Source: a bacterium (lineage in GTDB: Bacteria > Electryoneota > Electryoneia > Electryoneales > Electryoneaceae). From it: a stretch of DNA of 64,000 nucleotides. Shown one piece after another: positions 1 through 11,419 of the stretch. The stretch is from NCBI GenBank assembly GCA_963669175.1, contig OY769902.1:672001-736000 (forward strand), given 5' to 3'. Position 1 is the first letter of the stretch. The number at the start of each line of letters is the position of its first letter. The position numbers were made by a program, and so were the translations under genes. The notes under the pieces were generated by a model. It did no database searches. It was not told the DNA's origin and saw nothing but the letters and a program-made list of their open reading frames with translations.

Positions 1-3000
1 TCAGGTCAACCCGGCGCGGAATGAAGTGCGCGTTTACAGCCGGATGAATGTCGCCATCCGTTTTGATGGCAATGACAACCGTAACTCTATTCCCACCCAA
101 CCAGTAAAACTCAGTTCCACTTTCCTACCCTGGTACCGTGAGTTCCTCGACTGGGACGATAACGAGCTTGATGAATTCGAGTTCTACGAGGGTAATGTGG
201 TCGTTGTCATGCGTGACGACGAGGTTCTTTGGGAAGCGATGGAAGAGTGGATTGCCTGGAAACGGCAAAAGGGATGGAAGCTGGATTTTCTGACGGATGC
301 GGGATTCGAAAACTGGACTGCTGACGATATTATTACCGAACTCTGCTATCGATACGAGACTGCGGAAGAAAAATTCGATATCGTTGTGATCGTGGGTGAT
401 GATACCGGTTCTTTCCCGGTGCCGGCTTCATCCGGATCAGGTGTGGGCCATGGTGATATTCATTACGCACGACTTGCAGGTGATGACTGGCTGGTGGATG
501 TGGCAGTGGGGCGTATGTCTGTGGAATCGTTGCAGGAGGTCGTTTTGGTGACCTCCAAGACAATCAACTATGAGCTATACCCCTTTATGGACGATACTGG
601 CTGGTACCAACGTGCGTCGCTGTACCGTTCAGATTCTCATGCCGGGATATCAAAAATCATGACACTGCGTTACTGGAGACGGTTGCTATTTGAGAATGGT
701 TATGCACAAGTGGACACCAACTGGAATCACGGACACACTCCAATCATTGAAGCAATTAACAATGGAGTTAGCGTATACAGTCATCGGGGCTATCTTGGTA
801 CAGGACTACAGATTACCGATGTCAACAACCTTTCAAATGATTTCATGTTACCCGCTGTTGTTGATCTGACCTGCTATACCGGGAACTGGTCGAACAGCCT
901 GGGTATCAACGAGTCCTGGTTGCGGGCCGGTACTGTTCAAACTCCTACCGGTGGTATTGGCGCGATAGGCATGACAACGGCTGCCAACTGTCCAAACTTT
1001 AATAACTGTATAAGTGGTGGAACCGCCCATACACTGTTGGTACACCACAATCCTGAATTTGGCAGAATGTGGCTTGGCGCGCAAATCAACCTCTGGCAGA
1101 ACTTTCATCTCCACGATCCGACTTACATGAACAACGAGCAACAGTGGTGCAACCTGATGGGAGACCCGACAACCTGGTTGTGGACCGCTGTCCCGGAATC
1201 TCTGAACCTGGATGTACAGAACCAGCTCTACCTGGGTGAAAACCAGGTTATAGCGAATGTCACAGATAATTCTGGTGATCCTGTATCTGAAGCATGGGTA
1301 ACATTTTACAAGGCTAATAATAATGAAGATGTTGTTTATTCGACACAAACAGACGCCAACGGCGATGCCATCCTTCAGACATTATGCCGATTCACGGGAT
1401 CTGGCACTATTACCGCCAGCAAGCGAAACTGTATTCCTGCAACAGTTCAGGCCACGATCAGTAATTCTGAAGATGTGGTCAGTTTTGAGGATTTCCTGAT
1501 TATTGATGACGGGAGCAATGGTACCCAGGGAAACGGAGACGGGATTCCTCAAAATGGTGAAACTGTCGGGTTGCGCCTGAAACTGGTCTGTCAATCTGGT
1601 ATTGCTCAGACGGGAATCATTGTTTCAGGTTCCTCGGAAGATCGTGGTGTTACCAGTGTAACCGGGAACATTTTAAGAGGCATGATGAATCCGGGAGAGG
1701 CGGTCTGGGAGACCGATGTACTATTGGTAGAACTGTCCGGTACTATCACCGACCACTGGATAATTCATATTGACCTGAATTTCAGTTCAGACCAGAGCCA
1801 CCATGTGACAACATGCAGTTTTCCCGTAAGGTCTCCCCAATACGGCCTTGTGTTTGCCGAAATGTCTGACATCAGTCCGGGGGACGAGGGGGAAATAACA
1901 ATAACCATACAAAATACCGGTGGTCACTTCGCCGATAATGCGATGGGGACGTTGTACAGTTTACAGGGAATGATCTTGGGTAACAATGAATCCATGATTC
2001 TGGGTGATATCGCTGTGGGTGATACTGCCACAGCAGTATTCTCCATTTCTTCTGAAGAGACAGTTTTGCCGGGTATCATGGTACCGGTCCTGTTAGCTTT
2101 GACCAGCGAAAATGGACACATGTATGACCTGTTCTTTTCTGTCAACTTCGGCGGGGTTGACGCGACTGACGTAACTGGACCTGACCAGTACGGCTATATC
2201 GCAGTAGAGAATACGGATATCGTTCCCGGCGATTCCCTTGTTCCGGATTACAACTGGATAGAAATCAACCCCGACGCCCCTGATCCCGACTTTCAGGGAA
2301 CCCTGCTTGACCTGGAAGACCTATCTGAGAATGATGACGAAGCTATATCCATCCCACTCCCTTTCACGATTCAGTATTACGGCAATTCCTTTGATACGTT
2401 GACTGTCAGCACAAACGGTTATGTTGCCATGGGTAACCAGGCGGATCTTTCACTCGCTCGTAACTGGACAATCCCATCCCCCCTTGGCCCCAACAACATG
2501 ATTGCCCCTTATTGGGACGAACTGCAAACCAATGGCGATGCCGCGATTGTAACATATCACGACGATGGCTCCGGCATCTTCATCGTCGAGTTTTACAGGA
2601 TGCGTCATCACAATTATAACTATGAAAGTACCTTCGAACTGCTCTTTTATGACACCGAACACTATCCCACATTTACAAACGACAACCGTTTCCTGTTTCA
2701 GTATGGTTTGTGCGAGCATTCGACCGGAGGTATGAGTTATGATATCCCCTTTTGGACCACCGGTATTGAAAATGGAAACCAGACTGACGGACTGCAACTG
2801 GCTTACCGGAATACCATGAATCCTACTATTGCCAGGATTGACAGCGGACGCGCCATTTTATTTTCTGTCGCCTTTCCGCAGGTGCATGTCGTCGCATCAG
2901 GCCAGGTCGTTACTGCAGCAGACAACCAGCCAGTGCCCAACGCCCTGGTCTATACAGAACCATTCAATTCCGTAGTTGCCGATTCCATGGGATTCTTTAA

Positions 3001-4516
3001 CCTTGATCTATATTCCTATTTGTCTATTGATATTTTTGTAGAAAAGGAATGTTTTAATCTGCAAGTACATCACTTGATACCGTATGAGGATGATATTCAA
3101 AATATTACCATTGCGCTGACCCAACCATCTTTCAGCCTGGACAGGCACACAATCATGGACACGCTGGCCAACAATGAAACAGCATCGCACTCGGTATTCG
3201 TTGAAAATGCAGGTGACGGGACATTGACTTCTTCGCTCACGTTCGAAGTGTGTGAGCCTGAAATCCATGCAGCAAAGGTATCTCCCCGCTGGATCAGCGA
3301 GCTTGACGAACAATGGACGCGCATTCCCGGCTTCCAACTATCTACAGAGGAGTTTAACCACTACGGAATCACGTACGATGGCAACAACTTCTGGATCGCT
3401 GGCGCTAACAGCGCAAACCCGGATGCTCCCAATTTGCTGTATAAGTATTCCGTTGACGGCACCATGATCTCTTCCTGTCCGCAACCGGTGCCGGAGGATC
3501 AGCGTTCCTATCTGGGTATGCGGAACCTGACATGGGAAGACGGCTGCCTGTACGGCGTTGACAACTATATTCTATACGAGATGACGCCTGTGGATGATAC
3601 CATGCAGGTAAACTTCCAGGTGGATGTTCCCTTACCGCGAACAAGATTCCTGGCCGTGGACTCCTTCCGTGGCCTCTTCTGGATGAAGGACATCACCTCC
3701 AACATGTATGGCATTAATCTGAATGGGAACATCGAATATGCTTTTGAAGATATCCCTTATGATATCTATGGTGGCGATATGCTGCGATACTCAAACTGCA
3801 ATAACAATCTTGGATTATTAACCTGGTATCACATTTCCCATGACATACGATTACTGGAGTTTAATCCTGATACCGAGGTATTTCAGAACCTCACCGACAC
3901 CAGCCTTGGCGCCCTGGAAGAATCGCCAGGGGGCGCATGTTTCTTCTGTAACGGCCAACAATCCTCCTGGAATTTTGCCACGATCGCCAGTTTCGAAGAC
4001 GCGGACAGTGTACTGATATGGGAAATTGAGCCGTTCGACGAGTGGCTTTACCTGCCGGAATCGTACATCGAACTTCCCCCCGGAGGGCTGCAAGAAATCC
4101 CCATACAACTCAGCAGCATGTTTTTGCCGCCTGGAACATACAGCCTTGACCTGGTTTTCGATTATAATGCCTGTAGCGAGGTTTCAAACCGTGTGTTAAT
4201 CCGGATGACTGTTTCATCGACATCGTCTCCGGAAGAGCCCACGGGAAGACCCCTGGAGTGGAAACTGGACGCGATCTGGCCCAATCCATTTAATCCTACG
4301 GCACAGATACGCTATGGAATAAAAGAAGCAACTCGTGTTGACATACGAGTTTATGATATCCTTGGACGTGAAGTGACAGTCCTTGCGCATGAATCGCAGG
4401 CAGCCGGTTGGCATACCGTCCCCTTTACAGCTCCTGAGCTTGCCAGCGGGGTATATTTTTTGAGAATTCACGCTGGTCCGTTGCGTGAAACCAGAAAGCT
4501 TATTTTATTAAAGTAG
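1..4516 (+). CDS. Gingipain-like peptidase C25 family protein with T9SS-type C-terminal domain (5'-truncated by window edge)
   Basis: The frame is open from position 2 (QVNPARNEVRVY), matching the middle of the paralog's propeptide. C25 motifs WKRQKG, VGDD and VGR; putative catalytic His (SHRGY) and Cys (DLTCYTGNW); NLMGDP; C-terminal WPNPFNP...YDILGREV...LASGVYF...KLILLK. Confidence 0.85.
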   Translation, partial: QVNPARNEVRVYSRMNVAIRFDGNDNRNSIPTQPVKLSSTFLPWYREFLDWDDNELDEFEFYEGNVVVVMRDDEVLWEAMEEWIAWKRQKGWKLDFLTDAGFENWTADDIITELCYRYETAEEKFDIVVIVGDDTGSFPVPASSGSGVGHGDIHYARLAGDDWLVDVAVGRMSVESLQEVVLVTSKTINYELYPFMDDTGWYQRASLYRSDSHAGISKIMTLRYWRRLLFENGYAQVDTNWNHGHTPIIEAINNGVSVYSHRGYLGTGLQITDVNNLSNDFMLPAVVDLTCYTGNWSNSLGINESWLRAGTVQTPTGGIGAIGMTTAANCPNFNNCISGGTAHTLLVHHNPEFGRMWLGAQINLWQNFHLHDPTYMNNEQQWCNLMGDPTTWLWTAVPESLNLDVQNQLYLGENQVIANVTDNSGDPVSEAWVTFYKANNNEDVVYSTQTDANGDAILQTLCRFTGSGTITASKRNCIPATVQATISNSEDVVSFEDFLIIDDGSNGTQGNGDGIPQNGETVGLRLKLVCQSGIAQTGIIVSGSSEDRGVTSVTGNILRGMMNPGEAVWETDVLLVELSGTITDHWIIHIDLNFSSDQSHHVTTCSFPVRSPQYGLVFAEMSDISPGDEGEITITIQNTGGHFADNAMGTLYSLQGMILGNNESMILGDIAVGDTATAVFSISSEETVLPGIMVPVLLALTSENGHMYDLFFSVNFGGVDATDVTGPDQYGYIAVENTDIVPGDSLVPDYNWIEINPDAPDPDFQGTLLDLEDLSENDDEAISIPLPFTIQYYGNSFDTLTVSTNGYVAMGNQADLSLARNWTIPSPLGPNNMIAPYWDELQTNGDAAIVTYHDDGSGIFIVEFYRMRHHNYNYESTFELLFYDTEHYPTFTNDNRFLFQYGLCEHSTGGMSYDIPFWTTGIENGNQTDGLQLAYRNTMNPTIARIDSGRAILFSVAFPQVHVVASGQVVTAADNQPVPNALVYTEPFNSVVADSMGFFNLDLYSYLSIDIFVEKECFNLQVHHLIPYEDDIQNITIALTQPSFSLDRHTIMDTLANNETASHSVFVENAGDGTLTSSLTFEVCEPEIHAAKVSPRWISELDEQWTRIPGFQLSTEEFNHYGITYDGNNFWIAGANSANPDAPNLLYKYSVDGTMISSCPQPVPEDQRSYLGMRNLTWEDGCLYGVDNYILYEMTPVDDTMQVNFQVDVPLPRTRFLAVDSFRGLFWMKDITSNMYGINLNGNIEYAFEDIPYDIYGGDMLRYSNCNNNLGLLTWYHISHDIRLLEFNPDTEVFQNLTDTSLGALEESPGGACFFCNGQQSSWNFATIASFEDADSVLIWEIEPFDEWLYLPESYIELPPGGLQEIPIQLSSMFLPPGTYSLDLVFDYNACSEVSNRVLIRMTVSSTSSPEEPTGRPLEWKLDAIWPNPFNPTAQIRYGIKEATRVDIRVYDILGREVTVLAHESQAAGWHTVPFTAPELASGVYFLRIHAGPLRETRKLILLK

Positions 4517-4648
4517 CTGTTATTATTATGTGTCCTGGAACGAAGTTATACCCTTCAGGATGTGGGGTTGCAGATAGTGTTTCACCTTTGTAACAGAGCT
4601 TGATGGAACGTACCTGGATGATTTGACTGAATACTGTAAAGGCTGGCC

Positions 4649-7600
4649 ATGAACCGGAACAGCTTGATAGTGTGCACGTTGCTTCTTGTTTTGCCTTGCA
4701 TTTGCCTGGGTTCAATTCCGGAAGTATTATCTCAGCAGGCGCCGACGATTATTCATGTTGAGCAGTGCCGTCAACATCCCGACGGCTTCGACCTGCTTCT
4801 GTCTTTCGAGTCACCTTCCTTTGAATCTGTGGAAAACCATCCCGGCCTGGTTGTTCCCACCTTTTCCGGCGCCGGCCTGCATCTCGAATCCGGTCAACCG
4901 GTTACACCACAAGCAGGACGCCTGTTTCGTCTTCCGCCAACCGGCAGCGCCAGTGTGGAAATAATCTCCGCAGAATACACGACGATTTCAGATGTTCAGA
5001 TCGCTCATTGCCGCAATGAACTTGATGAAGAAGATATCACGTTTGGCCCTGGGGCAAATCTGCAGGACGCCTGGTATCCCGGCCCTGTTGCTGAAGTGGG
5101 TTCACCGGCCCTGTTTCATGACTTTCGCGTTGCCAACCTGCTGACCCACCCCGTGCAAGTGAATCCTGCCCGCAACGAAATGCGGGTATACAATCGTATG
5201 GAAATCGCCATCCGTTTTGACGGGCAGGACAACCGGAATTCTTTACCTCAACAGCCATCCAAAATCAGCGCCACCTTTCTTCCCTTGTACCGTGATTTCC
5301 TGGATTGGGATGACAGCGAACTGGACGAGTATCTGTACTACCAGGGCAATGTAGTGGTTGTCGCACAGAATGATGACAACCTGATGGAAACCCTGCAACC
5401 CTGGATAGAATGGAAACGTCAGAAAGGATGGAAGCTGGAATTCCTGACAGACGATGATGTGGCTGGCTGGACCTACACCAATATAATCAACGAGTTACAA
5501 TCAAGATATAACCTTGCAGACGAGAAGTTTGATTTTGTCGTGGTTGTCGGCGACGACCAGGGGGCGTTCCCTGTCCCGGCCTCAACCGGTGCAATCTATG
5601 GCGCCGGTGATTTGCATTATGGACGATTAGCCGGCGATGATTACCTGGTAGACGCTGCCGTTGGAAGAATAACTGTGGAGGATATTTCACAGGTCGCTGC
5701 TGCCACAAGCAAAATCATTGGCTACGAGAGCGATCCCTTTATGGATGATACGGACTGGTTTCAGCATGCAGCGCTGTACAAGTCTGATGATACTCACAGT
5801 GGAACATCCAAGGTTTTAACTTTACGCTACTGGTTGCATTTGCTTCGTCAGGTTGGCTATACCCAGGTGGACACGTCATGGGAACAGGATAATATCTTCA
5901 TGACGGGGTTACTTGAGGATGGTGTCTCGGTTTTCAGCCATCGTGGTTATCTCGGATATGGTCTCCAGGCAAACCATATCAGTGTTCTGGAAAATGACTA
6001 TAAACTACCGATGGTTGTAGATCTGACCTGTATGACCGGCAACTGGTCCCAGGGAACCGGCACCAATGAAGTCTGGTTCCGTGCCGGGACTGTTGATGTT
6101 CCTACCGGCGCGATAGGGGCCATTGGTATGGCCACAACTTCCAACCGGCCCGACATGAACAACCCCATAAGCGGTGGAGCCGCACAGGCTTTGCTCGGGT
6201 ATCGCATCCCGGAAATCGGCATGACATGGCTGGGAGCGCAGGTAAACCTGTGGCAGAATTACGATGACGTTCAGACAGCCACTTCCAGGCAAAACCAGGC
6301 ATGGTGCAACCTGATGGGCGATCCAACCACCTGGGCCTGGACTGCTGTCCCGCAGGAATTGACTATCAGTTGTGATCAAACAATGTACGTTGGAGACAAT
6401 ACAGTAACTGTAAGTGTTTCGGATGAAAATGGCGAACCAGTAAGCGGGGCCTGGGTAACATATTATAAAGTTGACGATTACGAAGAAATCGTGGAAACAA
6501 AATTATCTCAGTCCGACGGAACTGTAGTTCTGTATACCCCGAATCGTTTCACTGGAACTGGTGTCGTAACAGCAAGCAAACAGCATTATGTACCAGTTCA
6601 ACAGCAGATAGCTATCAGCACCCCAACCGGGCGGATCGGGTATGCGGATATGGCCATTGTGGATAATGGCCAGGGGGAAACGGTCGGTAATGGCGATGGT
6701 GTGGCGCAGGCCGGAGAAACAATTGGCATCAGGCTCGCCCTGAAAAACTTCGGACAAATTGCCCAATCCAGTATTGTTGTTTCCGGAGCATCCGACGACC
6801 CCATGATTCAGGCTGTCAGTGGAGCCATCTCACGAGAGTCCCTGATCCCCGGTCAACAAGCTTGGGATAACGATATCATCATTGTTCAGCTTGCACCCAA
6901 CATTCAGGACGAATGGCTTGTGCATCTTGACCTGCTGTTCAGCACTGACCAGGGCGACTATGAGGATGAATGTGAAATCCTGGTTCGTGCGCCGAAATTT
7001 GAAATCCATTCTGTCACGACTCAAAACATGAGGCCCGGACAGGCAGGATCGGTTATAGCCTATATCCAGAATATTGGCGGAGCCGACGCCGGAAACGCAC
7101 ATGCCACACTGATATCGTCAAGCAATTTCGTCATAACAAATGGCGCCAGTGTTCCTGTGGGAGATATTGGTATTGATGGCTGGGCCTGTGCAACATTTGA
7201 TGTAAGTCTAAGCCCGGTTGCTGCACATGGTATAGAGGTTGATGCCAGCATAGTGATTGTTGACGAAAACACACATACATCCACAGCATTATTTACCCTG
7301 CCCATTGGGGAACGGGAAAGCTGGGATCCTGTTGGCCCTGATGGCTATGGGTATCTTGCTATTGAAAACTGCGACTCTGTTCATGAAAACCTGGCGGTGG
7401 AATTTAACTGGCTTGAGATTAATCCATTTGCAGATGATCCGGTGTATGCCGGCACGATATTGGACCTGGAAGACCTTGCCGAAAACGATGATGATGCAGT
7501 GTCGCTGCCACTTCCTTTTCCTGTCAGCTATTACGGTGAAGTGTTTGATACGATAACCGTAACGGCAAACGGCTATGTCGCCCTCGGCAACCAGGCTGAC

Positions 7601-9682
7601 CTCTCTCTCGCACGCAACTGGAGTATTCCTTCCCCTTTGGGTCCGAACAACATGATTGCGCCCTATTGGGATGAGTTTCATACCACTGGCGATGCGGTAG
7701 TCTGCACCTATCACCATGAGCAGAATGGATTGTTTATCGTGGAATTCTACCATATGCAACATTACAACAACTCGACGTGCACCTTTGAAATTCTTTTCCA
7801 GGATGTAGAGATGTACCCAACGCCATCCATGGACAATAACATCATTTTCCAATATGGTGAATGTACTCACACGGCAAACAGTGGAATTCAGTATGACAAC
7901 CCTTACTGGACCACAGGTATTGAAAACGGCGACCAGACAGATGGACTGCAGTTGGCTTTCTGGAACACTCTCAGCCCGGGCATGACAAGTATTGAAGAAG
8001 GGCGGGCTATCCTGTTTACCACCCAGGTATTCTACATGATGAGCCGGGTGTACGGACGGGTTTATGAAGCCCATACCGGAGAACCTGTTGCCGGGGCCGT
8101 AATCAGTTGCTACGACGGCTTTATCTCGACAACATCAGATATAGAAGGTGAATACATCCTGGACCAGGTTGTGCCTGGTGAAGTTACTTTCAGCGTGGAA
8201 ACAGACTGCTACACCGATCTTGAGAGCATGATTGTTTATGTCCCGGTGATGGATACGGTCCGGTTGGATTTTGAAATGCTTGCGCCCGATTTTCAAATAA
8301 GCAACACCATGATCCGTGATACCCTGGATGTCAGAGAGGATGCAACCCATGATATTGTGTTGGCCAACGAAGGCGAAGGTGAATTGGTATTCAATATTGC
8401 CCTGGACTGGCCGGGTAACGACGCAAAACTATCGTCTGGCGGGACAAGAAATACCTCTGAGTCCGGCGAATTGGATGAATTGTGGGAAGAACTGTACTCT
8501 TTCGAACTTTTAACATCTGAAAACAGGTATCGTGGATTGACCTTTGATGGATGGCATTTCTGGATAGCGGGATCAAACAATTACGATATTAATGGTCCAA
8601 ACCTACTGTACTGTTATTCGGCCAACGGCAACCATATCGGCACGTTTGAACAGCCGGTGCCTGAAGGGGAACGTACGGCTGAGGGATTTTATGAACTGGC
8701 CTGGGATGGTCGTTATCTCTATGGAGCGGATGCTGGTGTATTGTACCAGATGCTTCCCGAGGGAAACACGGTCAGAAGAGTGAATTCATTTGAAATTGAA
8801 GTGAACCCATCCCATGTGATGGTTGTTGATCCCAGGCAGGAGTGGTACTGGATCGGGGGCGGGAATAATCCCCTGATCGCAGTGAATCGTGAGGGCACTA
8901 TTGTCAGTGAAATAGAGCTGGAAGTTTATGTTCGGGGAGCTGCATGGCGTTCACATGACCCCGATGGATATTACATGTATCTCCTGGTACAACCTTTTAG
9001 CGAAAGCGAAGCCACCATTATAAAGATGAACCCTGATAACGGCGATACCATTCCTCTTGCCACTCTTACCGACCTGGGGCAGGGCGACTGGGATGTAAAG
9101 GGCGCCCTGTTTACTACTTTCTGGAACAATAGCAACGCAGCATTGGGAACCGTTGTCAGTAGCGAATCAGGAAATTATGTCGTTCTGTTTGATGCCGGCA
9201 TTTTCACCGATTGGGTTGTTGTAAGCAGTTCGAATGGGCGATTAAGTCCGGGCGAAACGACTACTATCGGTTTCCAGTTGATTAACGAAGAGCTGTTACC
9301 GGGTTCCTATAGTGTTCTCGCACAATTCGAACACAATGCGTGTACTGAAAATCCGGACGCAGTCTCTATCACCCTGGTCGTTCCCGGGGTAGATGCCGAA
9401 GAACCACCCGCCATGCCGCTTGATTGGGCATTTGACGGCGCCTGGCCAAACCCCTTCAACTCCAGCGTTCAGGTGGGATTTTCCCTGAAACAGGCTGTTC
9501 CTGTCCGGATTGCGATCTACAATATCCTGGGGCAGAAGGTTGCTGATCTGGCAAACGAGAGAATGGCGGCTGGCAAACACCTGATTCCTTTCCATGGCGA
9601 ACAGCTCGCGAGTGGTGTGTACTTCCTGCAACTGGATGCCGGCCCTTTACAGGAAACCAGAAAGCTGATACTGCTGCGTTAG
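4649..9682 (+). CDS. Gingipain-like peptidase C25 family protein, secreted, with T9SS-type C-terminal domain
   Basis: Signal peptide; propeptide region; SHRGY and DLTCMTGNW catalytic motifs; NLMGDP; Ig-like, nidogen-like (IAPYWD) and carboxypeptidase-regulatory-like segments; C-terminal WPNPFNS...YNILGQKV...LASGVYF. Colinear paralog of the upstream gene. Confidence 0.88.
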   Translation: MNRNSLIVCTLLLVLPCICLGSIPEVLSQQAPTIIHVEQCRQHPDGFDLLLSFESPSFESVENHPGLVVPTFSGAGLHLESGQPVTPQAGRLFRLPPTGSASVEIISAEYTTISDVQIAHCRNELDEEDITFGPGANLQDAWYPGPVAEVGSPALFHDFRVANLLTHPVQVNPARNEMRVYNRMEIAIRFDGQDNRNSLPQQPSKISATFLPLYRDFLDWDDSELDEYLYYQGNVVVVAQNDDNLMETLQPWIEWKRQKGWKLEFLTDDDVAGWTYTNIINELQSRYNLADEKFDFVVVVGDDQGAFPVPASTGAIYGAGDLHYGRLAGDDYLVDAAVGRITVEDISQVAAATSKIIGYESDPFMDDTDWFQHAALYKSDDTHSGTSKVLTLRYWLHLLRQVGYTQVDTSWEQDNIFMTGLLEDGVSVFSHRGYLGYGLQANHISVLENDYKLPMVVDLTCMTGNWSQGTGTNEVWFRAGTVDVPTGAIGAIGMATTSNRPDMNNPISGGAAQALLGYRIPEIGMTWLGAQVNLWQNYDDVQTATSRQNQAWCNLMGDPTTWAWTAVPQELTISCDQTMYVGDNTVTVSVSDENGEPVSGAWVTYYKVDDYEEIVETKLSQSDGTVVLYTPNRFTGTGVVTASKQHYVPVQQQIAISTPTGRIGYADMAIVDNGQGETVGNGDGVAQAGETIGIRLALKNFGQIAQSSIVVSGASDDPMIQAVSGAISRESLIPGQQAWDNDIIIVQLAPNIQDEWLVHLDLLFSTDQGDYEDECEILVRAPKFEIHSVTTQNMRPGQAGSVIAYIQNIGGADAGNAHATLISSSNFVITNGASVPVGDIGIDGWACATFDVSLSPVAAHGIEVDASIVIVDENTHTSTALFTLPIGERESWDPVGPDGYGYLAIENCDSVHENLAVEFNWLEINPFADDPVYAGTILDLEDLAENDDDAVSLPLPFPVSYYGEVFDTITVTANGYVALGNQADLSLARNWSIPSPLGPNNMIAPYWDEFHTTGDAVVCTYHHEQNGLFIVEFYHMQHYNNSTCTFEILFQDVEMYPTPSMDNNIIFQYGECTHTANSGIQYDNPYWTTGIENGDQTDGLQLAFWNTLSPGMTSIEEGRAILFTTQVFYMMSRVYGRVYEAHTGEPVAGAVISCYDGFISTTSDIEGEYILDQVVPGEVTFSVETDCYTDLESMIVYVPVMDTVRLDFEMLAPDFQISNTMIRDTLDVREDATHDIVLANEGEGELVFNIALDWPGNDAKLSSGGTRNTSESGELDELWEELYSFELLTSENRYRGLTFDGWHFWIAGSNNYDINGPNLLYCYSANGNHIGTFEQPVPEGERTAEGFYELAWDGRYLYGADAGVLYQMLPEGNTVRRVNSFEIEVNPSHVMVVDPRQEWYWIGGGNNPLIAVNREGTIVSEIELEVYVRGAAWRSHDPDGYYMYLLVQPFSESEATIIKMNPDNGDTIPLATLTDLGQGDWDVKGALFTTFWNNSNAALGTVVSSESGNYVVLFDAGIFTDWVVVSSSNGRLSPGETTTIGFQLINEELLPGSYSVLAQFEHNACTENPDAVSITLVVPGVDAEEPPAMPLDWAFDGAWPNPFNSSVQVGFSLKQAVPVRIAIYNILGQKVADLANERMAAGKHLIPFHGEQLASGVYFLQLDAGPLQETRKLILLR

Positions 9683-9857
9683 TAGACCGATTCACATGGA
9701 TCAGTCCACCAGCCTGTAACCGGAATTCACCCGCAGGCTTGCAACCGACTCGCTACATCTCTACCTTGCTCTCACATGTTCTGCCCCTGTATAGTCTTGG
9801 CTGTTTTGCAGGCATGACCGATAAGGTTTCGTCATTCATTTCAAAACGGGAATTTCC

Positions 9858-10679
9858 ATGGCTGGCTTCAGAGAACGCCTGTTGGCTGCGACTCAGAATA
9901 GTGGGGTTTGTGTTGGGCTTGATCCTGTTCCGGAAAAACTGCCGGAAGCGCTTAGGGACAAAGAAGAAGGCATCGCCCTGTTCTGCGAGGAGATCGTTCG
10001 GGCAACAGCGCCGTTTGTAGCCGCCTATAAACCCAATCTTGCCTTTTTTGAAGCGTTGGGGCTGGAAGGTTTTCATGCGCTCAGACGTGCGATTGACGCT
10101 GTCAGGCAGCATGCCCCCAATGCGCTGATCATTGGCGATGGCAAGCGTAATGATATCGGCAGCACCGCCGCACGATATGCAACCGCCATGTTTGATCATT
10201 GGGGATTCGATGCGGTTACGGTGAATCCCTACCTGGGGTGGGATGGGATAAAGCCATTCGCGGAATACACGGATCGTGGCGTATACCTGCTGGCAATGAC
10301 CTCGAACCCTTCGGCCGTGGAGGTGCAGGATTTCAAGAACCATCGGGATCATGTCTTTCAACATGTCACCAAGCTGGCCGCACGCACCTGGAACAAATTT
10401 GACAATATCGGACTGGTAGTTGGCGCGACTCGACCGGAGCGTATCGCCCAGGTTCGTGCCCCTGCGCCGTTATTGCCATTCCTGATCCCCGGCGTTGGCG
10501 CCCAGGGCGGTGATCTTGCCGCTGCGGTAAAACTTGGGTTTGTAGAAGGGAAAGCGCCCGCTCTGATCAACGCATCTCGTTCTATCATCTATGCTTCTTC
10601 AGGTGCTGATTTCACAGAGAAAGCGGCCGAAGAAGCCAAACGGATGCAGGAAGCGATTCAACAGCTACGGAAGAAGTGA
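9858..10679 (+). CDS. pyrF: Orotidine-5'-phosphate decarboxylase (type 2)
   Basis: CVGLDP, YKPNLAFFE, DGKRNDIGST, PGVGAQGG and INASRSI motifs. Confidence 0.96.
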   Translation: MAGFRERLLAATQNSGVCVGLDPVPEKLPEALRDKEEGIALFCEEIVRATAPFVAAYKPNLAFFEALGLEGFHALRRAIDAVRQHAPNALIIGDGKRNDIGSTAARYATAMFDHWGFDAVTVNPYLGWDGIKPFAEYTDRGVYLLAMTSNPSAVEVQDFKNHRDHVFQHVTKLAARTWNKFDNIGLVVGATRPERIAQVRAPAPLLPFLIPGVGAQGGDLAAAVKLGFVEGKAPALINASRSIIYASSGADFTEKAAEEAKRMQEAIQQLRKK

Positions 10680-10715
10680 TCGGGGGTTTTCGAGTGACTT
10701 TTACCGGGAGAACAG

Positions 10716-11363
10716 ATGCCGTTTGATGATCCCCAGAAAATGTACTTGCGCGAACGCCTGACCTGCCGTGTCGAGGTACAGGGACGTGTTTTCTCGTTTT
10801 CAGTGCGGATTCAGGGATTGGATGCGACCGGTATCTTGGTGGATGTCCCCGAATTAATAGACACTCGTTTGCAGCCGGGAACTCCTGTCCTGGTACGTTA
10901 TTACCGTAGCGATTCCGCGTACCAGTTTATTACCGGAATCAAGGGGTTTGAACAGCCGGCCAGTATGAAGTTGATGCGGATTGGCTTTCCGGGCAGTATC
11001 ACCCGCTATCAGCGACGCCAACACGAGCGTCTCGAAATCGGGGGAACGGTTCAGCTATTTACGCCTCATGGCCCAACACGTTCAATCAGGGGTTATATTA
11101 AGGATATTTCAGATGGGGGTATGCGGATCACGGTGCCACGGGTTGAATACCTGGTGGATATTGAAAACCCGGTAGGAATCAAATTTGAAATCGCTTTCAC
11201 ACTGGACACCGGGGACAAGTTTGAAAAGATCGTCGCTTCCATACGAAAAATTGCAGACGAGACATACAGTTCTTCACAATTACAGGTGCAGTTGAAGTTT
11301 GAGAAATTTCACGGTAACAACGAGAGTGATTTTCGCAAACTGTTGAAACAGTTTGGTATGTAA
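10716..11363 (+). CDS. PilZ-domain c-di-GMP receptor (YcgR/flagellar-brake-like)
   Basis: N-terminal YcgR-like domain, then QRRQHER (RxxxR) and DISDGG (DxSxxG). Confidence 0.85.
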   Translation: MPFDDPQKMYLRERLTCRVEVQGRVFSFSVRIQGLDATGILVDVPELIDTRLQPGTPVLVRYYRSDSAYQFITGIKGFEQPASMKLMRIGFPGSITRYQRRQHERLEIGGTVQLFTPHGPTRSIRGYIKDISDGGMRITVPRVEYLVDIENPVGIKFEIAFTLDTGDKFEKIVASIRKIADETYSSSQLQVQLKFEKFHGNNESDFRKLLKQFGM

Positions 11364-11419
11364 TAATCAGGGTTGATCGAGGGACAACCTGTTTCCGAGC
11401 CGGGAAGGAGGGTGGTGCC

